A stretch of DNA of 64,000 nucleotides, taken from assembly GCF_018977255.1 (NCBI RefSeq), contig NW_024704742.1, forward strand, positions 75,952,001 through 76,016,000, read 5' to 3'. Below are positions 1 to 11,864 of the stretch, piece by piece. This DNA comes from Callorhinchus milii. Taxonomy: Eukaryota. Position numbers and translations under genes: made by a program. How positions within the stretch are numbered: position 1 is the stretch's first letter; each line of letters starts with the position of its first letter. The notes beneath the pieces are model-generated. The model was not told the DNA's origin, did not search any database, and saw only the letters and a list, made by a program, of their open reading frames with translations.

Positions 1-221
1 TTGTGGTCAAAAATATCAGCAACGGAACTCGGCAGAAATAACAGCGGCAACTGTTCGCTTATCTCAGGTGTAGGGAACAACAACGGCTTCATGGTCCTGA
101 CTACATTATCTAGGGCACAGCTACAATTTGATAGGAACATTCTTCAGGTGACAAAATGATGGATGGGCTGGAAAGTTTGAACGCTGCGCTGGAGGGGAGA
201 CCACAGTGTGCAGAAACCTAC

Positions 222-394
222 CATAATTGGGAAACGATGGCAGCAACAGTGGACTTGAGGATCCAAAGCAGGGCCAGGCAGAGCCCTTGGATGAACGTGA
301 AGAGGTGGACACGCCGGAGAGGGACATGACGCAGGTAGATAAAGTCTGGCTGGTGCTTGGGTGGCATCAACAGCAGCTTCAGGCGATCCATGAG
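222..394 (-). CDS. slc4a4: slc4a4 coding exon (173 nt, 174 expected): [54 protein letters not shown][FPIM], apparent 1-nt deletion near the 3' end
   Basis: tttcag|CTCATG ... ATTATG|gtagg; ORF 218..406 drifts into SQLW* where NBCe1 has FPVM. Confidence 0.92.
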
Positions 395-437
395 CTGAAA
401 CAACAAAGTAAAAGTAATTGTATTCCTTCTACAGACG

Positions 438-560
438 CATAGACGTTTACAGCACAGAGGGAGACCATTCAGCCCATTGTACCTATGCTAGTCTCTAAAA
501 GAGCTATATGTTTAGTCCCAGTCTCCTGCCTATACCCAAACCCCTTTCAAATATTTATTT
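438..560 (-). mobile_element. CR1-like 3' end; related copy at ~25455-25570
   Basis: CATAGA...TTTACAGCAC-GA-GGAG-CCATTC-GCCC motif present in both copies. Confidence 0.5.
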
Positions 561-929
561 GATTCCCACAAAAGTTAATATTTTGTGGAAATCAGCGCTT
601 TGGGACATCCTCCCGACGTAAAAGGCGCTCTATAAATGTAATTTTGTTGTTGTTGTTGTTCTAATATGACTCAACAACCATTCCAAGTAGGTTAGGATAA
701 CCCTCATTCCACCTCCTAACAACCCTGTTTGTAAAAATCCACTCCGCTATCTCTCTGTGACCTTAGTATAAAATTGAAAAGCAGTCAAGCCTCTGTATGT
801 TAAAAAAAATAGCCAGCCTGTCTCAGCAAGTGGCAACCAAGGTACATATCTAGAGATTATTGGTAATCATACTGAGGTGTGAATGACTCTGGATTGAGAA
901 ATTCCAGAGTCATTGTCTCAAAGACAATA

Positions 930-1130
930 ACATAACATAACATGTAGGAGCAGGGGTAGGCCATTCGGCCCATCGTGCCTGTGCCGCCATTCAATCATGG
1001 CTGATCTTCTAATCTAACTCCAGCTAATACCATAACTTTGCCTTATCCCCATATCCCTTAATCCCTTTTGCAATAGTCAAGATTTTTCACATCTTGAACT
1101 GAATCATCCCTTTGAAGTAGCCCCGATAGC
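930..1130 (-). mobile_element. CR1-clade LINE 3' fragment
   Basis: GGAGCAGG-GTAGGCCATTCGGCCCATCG...CCGCCATTCAAT-ATGGCTGATCT, typical reverse-complement CR1 3' end in cartilaginous fish (recall). Confidence 0.6.
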
Positions 1131-3732
1131 ACTGAGATCAAAGACTCTTGCCTTGTGGGGAAATGGCCCAAATGACATATCTGAGGAGAACAAGTGTGGA
1201 GAAATGAGGAGAAAACAAATTAAGAGAAATACAATACAAAATTGTATTTGTATAGCGATTCATGTCGGGAGGATGTCCCAAGGCGCTGGACAGAAAGAGA
1301 GAGAGAAATGCCTTAAAATACTGTTGATTGGTAAAACTTTTCCTTTTTTTCCTTATTTACTTAATGCTTTTACTTCGCACTTTTAAAGTCTGTGCATATA
1401 TAATATATAAAAATATCAAATATTTTAAGATATGTGCAACATTTGGAATTAAAATCTCAATTGTTAATTGGAAAAGGATGATTGCCGATATATTTCCATC
1501 CTTATTTTGTGGAGACTGAAGAGTAATTTCCTGTTGCAGTGTTTTATTATTGGTTCAAGTTAGTCTGACGTCGATTGTTTGCTCTTATGGAATCAGTGCA
1601 GGTCACAGGATCAGCTCGGGAGCAGCAAAGCTAGTGCAACTGAAATTTGTTGTAACTGATAAAGGCGAGACTGAGAGTATTGGATAAGCCAGACAATCAA
1701 TAAGTATAATAATAATAAACAATCATTAAGACAGACAATTGCAAATTGGTGACACTCTCCCTTTACTATTTTAGTAACGGCCTTAAATCTAGTTAGGGAG
1801 TCTGGTGACTGGCTTGCTTTGCAACAGTGTGCTGTGAATCTTGCATCTTCCTGCTGTCTCTGGTTGGAACCCTTAGCCCAATAAAGTAGTAACTCATAAT
1901 GTCACAGCTATATGTTCTTGATGAAATAGAATTTGTGTCTTATACTAACTTATACATTCGCCCACAAAATATATCAACCTCATTAATTTACAGTATATCC
2001 TGTGAAGCGCTTTGAGACATCTCAACAATGTGATAAGGCGCTTTATCAAATCCAAGGATTATTATTATTCTTTAAATATGGATTAGTTTAATGAATCTGA
2101 GATCTGAAATTCCACCTGGCCTTATCCTGTGAGATAATTTTGTCTTAAAATTAAAGCTTGTGCTGAATTAAAAATCTGGAAGCTGGTTTTCCTCAGTTCT
2201 TACCAAATTGAAAACAAATGTAAGACTTTTCTCTATTGGGCGTAATATTACTTTTTAAGAGGAAATGGAGTCACTGGCAAAGACTAAATGAAACCTGGAG
2301 CCACTGGTGATTGTTCTTGCTTCCATATAAAAACGTACATTTCTGAACATTTTCTCAATAGTAGGTGGAGAGGTGGTAAGGAGTGCTCTACCAAAAGATC
2401 TAATTAAAAGAATCCATAGTTCAGTTGGTACATCTAGTTTGCTTCACTACAGTCGCTAAAAAATGACTTGACTTTCAGCTCCTCAGGTCACTGCTGTCAT
2501 CACTTCTTGCCTGTTACTCTATGCACAGGATGCATTGCTAACAACATTTTGCAAACATCAGCAATGCTTCATGCACACAGGTCTTTCACATCGCGAGGAT
2601 GTCTCAAATAGCTTCACGGGATATACTGTAAAGTGGAGTGACTGTGTTTTGTGGGCAAATTTAGCAGCCAATTTGCGCATAGTAATGCTCTACATCAGCC
2701 ACAAAGTGAATGACCAATTTTATTTGGGGGATTGTTGGCCACAGGGAGAAACTCCCTTTTCTGGACGACTGGAGTATGGCCATTTTTCCCCTTGATTTTA
2801 ACATGAGTTAGAGGTCTAAGCTTATGGACTCAGACCATTTATAATGGTGTGGGACTGCATCCAAAGAGGGACGAGAGCTTTGTATCTGTATTCAGTGTCT
2901 GATCTGCTTTAGATGATCTCAGTCAGTTCAGCAACTGAGGCATTAGAACTGGCATCAGCGCTCTTGGAGAAGGTTAGGGAGGAGGAAAATCAGCCAAGGT
3001 TCCTATTGCTGATTACTGGCCAATGATTGCTACTGGAAAATGTGTGTGTGTGGACATGAGGTGAGGATTAGTCCAGGCTCGGCTGTGGTGCCCTCCATAG
3101 TCACACAGCCTGCTGATACACTCTGGCTCAGCTCACACAAGGACGGCCAAGAGTGGCATCTGCATCTGTAGAACTCTACTCAAGTATAAGGTCTATCATT
3201 TTCAGCAGAGGAAGGGACATTGATCCTGTTGTGCTCTCCATTGACTGGCACTACAATGGGAAGAACCCCACGGATTACTGAGGAGCTCCTGTAGCTCGCA
3301 CACACAAGAATGGGCTCGGAAATATAACATTTGCTGCATTGACGGCAACTTCACTTCTATGAATGAAAATGCGTGTTTTGTTGTGAAATGCACTTGCAGA
3401 CAAGCCCAATTCTGTCTTTACCCAACATCTAACACGCACAAGCTACATCCCACACTCTGGTGCTACAATGCAAGTAAAAGCAAGGTTACAGAGCATCTTT
3501 CAAATTCATCATTATCACACGAATACTGATATGTCTGCTGCATGAAGAGACTATAACTGGTTTGTTTTTTGACTTTGCAATGGAATTTGCAATCCTTGTG
3601 GTAGGGCAACCATTCCTCCCCTAATATTTGTCCACAGGTTCTCAAACGAGGTGTTGGGCTACTGATACCAGCATTCTCTCTCTCTCTGCAATTCAGCCTT
3701 CAAACATTGAGCAGCTTGCTTGAGTTACATAC

Positions 3733-3801
3733 CTGGACACCATTCAGGGAAGCAACTCCCATGTAGAGAAAAACTCCATAAAGCACCGGCATTGGGATGA
3801 A
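3733..3801 (-). CDS. slc4a4: slc4a4 coding exon (69 nt): [23 protein letters not shown] (TM12)
   Basis: ttccag|TTCATC ... GTCCAG|gtatg; phase 0 to 0. Confidence 0.96.
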
Positions 3802-3869
3802 CTGGAATAAATGACAATGTCAATGAGTCAGTGATCAGGCGGACAGCAAAGACTTCAAGTCATATTACA

Positions 3870-4128
3870 TCACACATAAATATACACCAGACACACACAC
3901 ACAACTCTCCCATTCACACCCACCACACCTCACACATACACAACCACCAAACCTCACACATACATGTCTCATAAACTGAGCAAATACACACACATACTCA
4001 AACATCTGACACACACACACAAAACACCCTCACATATACATACACACAAACCGCACACATACACACACATACCTCACAAACTTAGCAAATACAAACACAC
4101 ATACCTGACACATACATACATACCACAT

Positions 4129-4160
<32 letters not shown>

Positions 4161-4161
4161 A
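3870..4161. repeat. CA-rich degenerate microsatellite ending in pure (AC)n
   Basis: Directly visible. Confidence 0.9.
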
Positions 4162-5408
4162 AAGATAAACAGAGCACCAAATCTGGTAAGCTACATTCGA
4201 CAAACAGCAATGAGCTGAATAACAAATTCATCTCTTTTTAATTAAATTTGACTGCGCGAGGAGTATTGGCTGGTAATATTGACCAAGAGAACTGTCTGTT
4301 CTTCAAATGGTGCTATGTTACCTTTAGTGTCTGGGTGTTCATGTCCCACATCTCCATTTAACGTATCATCAGAAAGACAGAACCTTTAACATATGCAGTG
4401 CTCCTCCGACTGTTAGCCCGCAAGTCAAATCGGATCCAGGTCAAGCTCATAAGCTTCTGACATACAGATAAAAATACTATAGGCTAAGCCAAACTGATGC
4501 AGCACTCTACTCTCCCCATTATCATATGATAAGGAAACTTTTGCTTGTGGATTTGTTGAAACGGCCACAATTTAACACAATGCACAACAATTGAATCAAT
4601 ACACTTGAGCAGTTATATAATAACAATAATATGTGGGAGCGAGATATTCTCTTTCTTGGTCTTTGTGGGATTCATTCGTTAAAATTAGCACATTTTCCAT
4701 GTGTGTTTCTTTGGGGCCCCCTCCAGTCCTCACCTGAGTGGCCTAGGTGTGGACCTTGTTAGTGTTTAACCATGGGGAGTATTACAGCCAAACCTGATCC
4801 TATCCTGACTTGATGTCCACACAAACCTGTATGAAGAGGGCTCTCTGGATAGTGATAAGGAATGAGAACCCTGGTTGATCTCCCTAACCCATCCTCATTG
4901 AATATAGAGTATAGCAATATCACTCTTGCCCTGGCTGAAGTCAGCAGACCAGGATTCAAGCCTACAAGCTTTCCTGTCTCTATGATCAAAGTACTGTACT
5001 ATGTGCTGCCTTTATGACGTGTGTCCTGTGAAGCACTTTGAGATATCATCCTGATGTGAAAGGTGCTGTAACAAATGTAAAGATTATGTAGTTATGCAGA
5101 AGGGGACAGAGGAACACTGCACAGTGGTTTGTTTCACAGCAGCAGAACATAGAAACCTTAACAGCAATATCAAGGGATCTCCACCAGGAGGCAACAGCTT
5201 CATATTCTACCAAATCCTCTTCAGACATTGCAGGTTAGCACTGCACTCGCTGTTAGTTTTCACTTGATTTACACAGAAGAATTAATACGTGAAAGAATCC
5301 TGTTTGATGCACCCTCGTTGGAAACTGACAAAGAAGGGCAGTAGGACATGCACAGAATTGGACAGAAGTAGCACAGCCTCAAAAATAACTGCTGACTAAT
5401 AGATTTAC

Positions 5409-5481
5409 CTTTAGTATTGGAGCCATGAAGACTGAGACACCCGTTAGTATGAAGACGATAACTCCAGACACTCGCTGTTCC
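5409..5481 (-). CDS. slc4a4: slc4a4 coding exon (73 nt): [24 protein letters not shown] (TM11)
   Basis: ctgcag|GGAACAG ... CTAAAG|gtaaa; phase 2 to 0. Confidence 0.95.
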
Positions 5482-5829
5482 CTGCAGTCACATCAAAACC
5501 GTATTAATAAAGACATCTCATGGCAACTGAGCAGCTTTAACACTGTTAAAATTAATACAAATAAAATTACAAATTATAAAAATCTTACATTTTATATAAC
5601 ATCTAAAACATCTCAAAGCATTGTACAGATAGTCAAATATTTTGATTGTATTTTGTACAATTAAAATATTTGACTATCTGTAAAATGCTTTGAGATATTT
5701 TGGATGTTACATCAAATACCTCAGGCTATTTGCGCACAGCCATGTCCCACGAGGTGAATGATTCATTTATATGGAGGATTATTGATCAGAACACTGGGAG
5801 AAATACCTTCTCTTCTCAATTTTTTTATA

Positions 5830-6272
5830 TAACAATTTGATATGGCACCTTATCACGACTTTGAGAACAACTCAAAGAGTTTCAAGGGATTTTACTTTGA
5901 AGGGTTGTGAATGTATATTTATATTTGCAGGTGAACCTGGCAGCCAACTTGTGCACAGCAACGTGCCATTGAATCTTTAGCATCTACCTACAACAACAAC
6001 AAGATTCCATTTATTCCATTTATTAAAGAGGCAGACAGGACCTCAGTTTATCATCTCATCTGATGGATATCAGCTCTGACAATGAAGCACTCCTTCAGAA
6101 TAAGCTGAAGTTCCGACATGGACATGGGGCTTGAACCCACGACTTTTGTAATTTAGAGGTGAGAGCGCTACCAACTGAAACAAAACACAAAATACTGCAA
6201 ATACTGGTTTCAGAATCCAGCATCCGCAGTATTTTGTGTTTTGTTTGACTACCAACTGAGCCAGGTTGACAG
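5830..6272 (-). mobile_element. Long DeuSINE copy carrying a small hairpin insertion at 6178-6248
   Basis: Tail, core and head similar to the reverse complement of 47908-48345. Confidence 0.65.
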
Positions 6273-6563
6273 TTCTCACACTGCCATTCATGTACATTCT
6301 CCTTTGACTCTCTGGTTAGAATCTCAGCTTCCCATCTTTATGATGTATATAAAGCTGCTGATCTCTGTTCAGGTTTGATATCCATCATGGCAGTATAAGA
6401 GAATGGATTTGCCTTAACTGTTGCCTTTCAGCGCCTTGGGACGTCCTCCTGACGTGAAAGGCGCTTTATAAATGGAATCTTGTTGTTGTTGTTGTTTCAG
6501 CTTTACCCATTTGTACTTACTTCACTTGGCATAATTTGAAACAATGAGTAAAATACATTATAC

Positions 6564-6897
6564 GTGGAGTCCTGTAGCTCAGTGGTTAGAACACTCCTTT
6601 GCAAGTGAGAGACCTGAGTTCAATTCCAGGCAGGGCGAAACCTTGGGCAAGTTTCCTTACTCCACACAGAGCCTAATAATAATCCCTCCAAAAAAACAAA
6701 ACAATAATAAATTGGTCATTTTCAATCTACGACTGTTTGTGGGACATTGCTGTGCGCAATTGGCTGCCGCGTTCGCCCACAAATATACAGTCAATTCACT
6801 TTACAGTGTGTTCTGTGAAGCGCTTTGGGACGTCCTCCTGACGTGAAAAGCGCTATATCAAATGCAAGGATTATTATTATTATTATTATTATTATTA
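6564..6897 (+). mobile_element. Near full-length tRNA-derived SINE, short Deu-type family, (TTA)n tail
   Basis: A box TAGCTCAGTGG (6575-6585), B-box-like GAGTTCAATTCC (6616-6627), body GTTTGTGGGACATTGCTGTGCGCAATTGGCTGCCGCG, L2-like tail; many copies in the window. Confidence 0.85.
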
Positions 6898-7339
6898 TGA
6901 AGAGCAGTTTTATTTGTGAGATAGCATGCACAAGAGCTCACAGGTCTGACCTGACCAGGCTGTGATTCGGTGTGAGAATAAACCCTATTACACCAGAGCA
7001 ATAAGTTTGCACTTGTTGTGAACTCTATTGGTGGTGAAGGGCACCTAGCACCCAATTGTTTACTCCAGTGCTAGTATACTCCTATCTCCTGGCATCAAAG
7101 TCTGCTCCATTTGTGAGGCCTGGCACAAAGCCGATGGAAACAAGTACCCAGCACATGTCTAAGGAGGTGAAGTGTTCATTGAACTTTGGCAATACCTCAA
7201 TATGAACACTGGGAGACTTGCAAGCAGTTTCGATCATTTGAACACACCCTAAATTCACTCTCTGGAGGGTGTATAGTACGAATAGGTATTGCCTCAATAT
7301 CAGACAATCTTTGAACTAGCAGTAGAGCAACAGAGCAAT

Positions 7340-7680
7340 AATAATCTTGCATTTGATATAGCCCCTTATCACATCATTCAAATATTTCAAATCACTTCTC
7401 AGGATTTATTGGGAACTGTAATGGTTGTATTTGTATGCAAATGTTGCAGCCAATTTTTGCGCACAGCAATGTTTCACAAACAGCCATAAAGTGTGATCAA
7501 TTTTATTTAGGGGATTGTTGTCCAGGACCCCGGGAGAAACTCCCTTCTCTTTTCAAACAATGGGGTCTTTAACAATGGAGTGCCAGTCGAGAATATGAGC
7601 TCAAACTCCTAACATGTGGTGTGAAACCACATCTTACTGACTCAGAATGAGAGTGGTACCAACAGAGTCAGGCTGACACT
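7340..7680 (-). mobile_element. Long DeuSINE copy (internally deleted)
   Basis: Tail ATAATCTTGCATTTGATATAG; head end GGCTGACAC. Confidence 0.65.
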
Positions 7681-7739
7681 TTATTCAACTAATACAGAAC
7701 TCCACCATCCATATACTCATCGCTCTAAATTCTATAACC

Positions 7740-8166
7740 CCATAACACCAGGCCACGCCAGGCTCCACTGGCTCCCTATCACAGAACGGATAATTTCAAG
7801 ATCCTAATTAATTTTCAAATCCCTTCATGTTCTGGCACATCCCTACCTCTCCGACCTGCTTACCCCCCAACCCACTACCTGTCCTCTCTGCTCAGCTGGC
7901 TCCAGCCTCCCACTAGTCGCTCGCCCTTCCATCATCGGTGGCCGTGCTTTCAGCCACTATGTCCCAAAACTTTGGACCTCTCTCCTTCAATCTCTCTGCT
8001 TTGTTCTCTCCTTCCCCCTTTTCAGATCATGCCTGAAGACCTTCCTCTTCGACTGTGCTTATGGTAACTTCCTCCCTCCTTCAGTTCAGCATCATGCTCT
8101 GCCACTATTAAACTCTCCGAGACACTGCCCCGCATGAAGGGCACTATATAAGTGCCAGTTGTTGTC
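7740..8166 (+). mobile_element. L2-clade LINE 3' fragment
   Basis: CTCCACTGGCTCCC, GGTGGCCGTGCTTTCAGCCACTAT, GAAGACCTTCCTCTTCGAC motifs shared with other L2 copies. Confidence 0.8.
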
Positions 8167-8933
8167 TTAACACCTTAAAGCTAAACCCCTGCATCTCTCA
8201 GTCTCTCGCATCCAAACCTCTGCATATCTCCAACAATGAGGCACCTTATTGGAGTGTCAGCCTACGTTATACGAGTTAAAAGTCCGACTTGGGGCTTGAA
8301 CCTACAACCTTCTGACTCAGAGGCGAGTTGCTTCCAACTAAGCCAGGCTGACACATCTGTGTCTGTGTTTATATGTAGTTGTAGGTGTATATATGGATGG
8401 CTGTGTGTCCTTAGTTATATGTATTGGTGTGTGTTTCCATGCATGTTGAGTATTCAGTAATAATGATAAAATAATAGTAAAAGCACCAGTAATTGTCGAT
8501 GTTTGCATTTCACTCACAAAGTGCATTTGATTACTGGTTACATTTTGCCTTACCCAAATTTTTCCAGTACGTCTTTGCCTGCAGAGACAAGCCCACTATC
8601 ACAGACAAACCTATAATAGTATCCTTGTATTTGATAATGTAAAGTTGCCAAATTATCTGGCGCCACATTGTCTCAGACCTTTCTCCATCCTGATGGGAAG
8701 GTGCGAGCATGGAGTGAGTGAGTGAGTGAGCAGGCGGTGGTGGTTGGTCTGTTGGAAATGGGCATATGGTGCAACAACCTCAGAGGTGTAGAGTGCAGGC
8801 ACTAACAATAGTGATCTTTCTGATCACTGCTACTGAAATACAGTCAAACCTATTGAAGAAACCACCTCTATTCAGCAACCACTTGTCTAACGCAACCAAT
8901 TACCACTCTTTTCATGCCTTGTCAGTGTACAGA

Positions 8934-10185
8934 CAACAACCAATTACAGTTGTACAGCGCCTTTCATGCCAGGAGGACGTCCCAAGGCGATGATACCCTT
9001 TCAGCAGCCAGATCTAAGTGAATCTGAATTTAAGTTTGAATTTACATTACCAATTTCCTCATGTCCATATCTAGACTCCTGGTAAGCTCCTTTGAGTGAG
9101 GTGAGCAGTTCTCAGAGGTAGGAAGGAGCAAGGCTGTGGAAGACCTTGAATGTGAGGATGAGGATTTTAAACTCTATCCTCTGGGTGATGGGAACCAGTG
9201 GAACCGGGCGACGGTGGGGGTGATGGGGTCATGGAGTCTGGTGTGGGAGAGGACATGAGCTGCAGAGTTCTGGATGATCTGAAGCTTGTGGAGGGAAGAG
9301 TTGAGGAGGTCGACAAGCAGGGAGTTGGAATAGTCAAGCCGAGATGTGATGAATGCATGGATGAGGGTTTCTACAGCCTGAGAAATGAGGCAGTGGTGGA
9401 GCAGGCAATGTTGCGGAGGTGGGCGAAGGCAGAACGGGTCATGGATTGGATGTGTTGCAGACAGGACAGTTGAGGGTCAAACAAGACAGCAAGGTTCCGG
9501 ATTGGCTTAGTGAGGTGGAGTGTGTATCCTTGGATGGTGATGCATTCAGCACCTGAGGTGTGGAGGTGCTGACGGGAGCCAATCAGGAGAGCCTCGGTCT
9601 TTTGATGTTCAACTGCAGAAAGCTAGCTCTCATCCAGGACTTGATGTCTAACAAACATTCTGTCAGGACAGCAGTGGTCCTGGAGTTGAGGGTGGAGGCA
9701 GAGAGGTACAGTTGGGTGTCATCCATATACATGTGGAAGTTGACCCCATGTCTTCAGATGATGTCACTAAGAGGGAGCATGTAGATATTGAAGAGGAGGG
9801 GACGAAGGACAGAGATCTGAGGAACGCCGCACAAGATGGTGCTGGGGCTAGAGGAGAAACTATTTGTGGAGATGAAGTGGAGATGAAGTGGAGATGGTGT
9901 GAGAGGTAGGATCTGAACCATTCAAGGACAGAACCATGAAGATTGAGGTGAGAGGGGAGGCAGTGGAGGAGGATTGAGTGGTCAACAGTATTGAATGCAG
10001 CAGAGGTCAAGGAGGACGAGGAAACAGATGGAGTCCTGGTCCTTTGTCACTTTGACCAAAGCTGTTTCTGTACTGTAGAGGGGTTGGTGAAGGGAGCGGT
10101 GGGAGAGGAAGGAGTGAAGCAACAACTCGTTCCAGGACCTTGGAAAGGAAAGGGAGGTTGGAGCAAGGCCGGTAATTTGAGGTAT
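8934..10185 (-). mobile_element. Degenerate L2-clade LINE, reverse transcriptase region and 3' part
   Basis: Frameshifted RT peptides SNYRPCSNLPFLSKVLERVV and AFNTVDHSILL...LEWFRSYL; L2 tail with (AAC)n at ~8934-8990. Confidence 0.85.
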
Positions 10186-11685
10186 GTGAGTGTGTGTGGG
10201 GAGAAATTATGTTTATTTTGCTCAATTTTGGAATTTCCTCTCCTGCTTCCTCTTCAAGTTGATTTGATTTCTGTTTTTATCTGGAGGTGTTCCAGACAGT
10301 CTATCAGCCCTTGCCATAAGGGTTGAGGAGAGATTGAAGAGCTCGCCAAGCCTCCCTCCCCCACAAATGATAAGACAGGAGCCAACCTCTATAGCAGCGG
10401 TAGCCAAACCGTGGCCCGCAGACTGGAAGTGAACTGTGGGGCCATCAAGAAGTGCCCCTACCCTGAACATTCGCATGAGTCTAAGTAAGTGTGTGTTCGA
10501 TCGGTTGCATGTTTTTTCTTGACTAAATATATCTTGATTTATGGGATAATCCAAGAAATATTCAATCAAGAACATTTATTTTGTTGGCCAATAAAGGATG
10601 GCAGGCCACCATCACTCAACACCATCCTGGAACACTAAGGAACTTGGCACGGTGCCTCACTGTTGAACACCAGCTGAACACGTCCCAGGTAACCAAAGTA
10701 ACGCCACCAAACAACCATCAACATATTTCAGCATTACTAACAAAATTCTCCTAATCCAGAGCCCCACCAACACCAAACTTGACTCTTTAATCAAAGTAAT
10801 TTTACAGCCATTAAATGAATGGCACTGATTACCCCGGTCTGAGTGCTGACTGAAACTTTCCTTTTATGTTTCACCCAAGCGCTAATATACTTAGCCCACC
10901 AGTCAATTCCTGGGCCACTCTGTTGGCAGCTAACTGGCTAGTTTGGGCTGCTTGCTTTTCAGTAAGGTTATAATTGAGGAACAAAAGACCTTGATGGTAG
11001 TGAGAGAGTTAAAGCACAAGGTGACAGTCTCATTAATGAGCACTTTCATTAACCTGTGTTCCTGCGGTCTCTCTAACACTGAGGCGGTTTATTCACACCC
11101 TCTCCTGCACCTCACACTGGTGTGTCTGTCTCTCAACCAATAGAAGCAGGAGAACCTCCATTGCTTGTGTGCCCCAAAGGACAGGTCAGGCATGCTGATG
11201 GAATGAGAGGGAACGGTATGATTTTGCATGTGCCTGCTGATTCGTTGGCAACATCAGAAGCGTGTTCACGTGTGACCAAGGGACAGTGTGAGAGTGCACA
11301 GTGGGACTGAGAGAGAGAGGGGGAGAAACGGTTGAAGAAATAATAATAATATTCCTTACATTTGATACAGCATCTTATTACGTCGTCGGGACATCTCGTC
11401 TCAAAGGGCTTCACAGGGCAGACTATAAAGTGGTGTGAGCTGTATATTTTGTGGGTGAACGAAATGGGGGCTGGGGTAGGAAATGACAAATCTTTTATTG
11501 AACCAAAACAGGTCACAGCGTTTTTGAAGTCAAACAATGTACTGAGAAGCCAGGGCACGACCAAGAAGCAGTGCCAATCTGATCGTGTGTTTTGAACTGC
11601 CCATTAATGTAATGATTGAAAACCTTTTGTCGCTGCCCATGAATAATGTTTTGTTTCAAGCATCAAAGGAAAATTTTCCGCCTAC

Positions 11686-11864
11686 CTGACTCCTAAGAAC
11701 TTGGGTTGTTCTCCCGGGGCCGAGGTCTCCGTCTCCATCTTTAAGCTGTCAATATGTGCAATGGAGATCACAGTGGCAGCCACGTACCAGGGCAGCCCCA
11801 TGAAGGAGCACAGGGCTATGAGAATGGCCACCCAGAATAGATCAACATGATAGCCAGCCCCTTT
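11686..11864 (-). CDS. slc4a4: slc4a4 coding exon (179 nt): [59 protein letters not shown](R) (TM9-10)
   Basis: ctgcag|AAAGGG ... GTCAG|gtagg; phase 0 to 2; within ORF 11682..11900. Confidence 0.96.

Noticed and set aside
6564..6635. tRNA gene
   Set aside because: A and B boxes are present, but the sequence runs into a multi-copy SINE body and tail. It is a SINE head, as are the other tRNA-like stretches.
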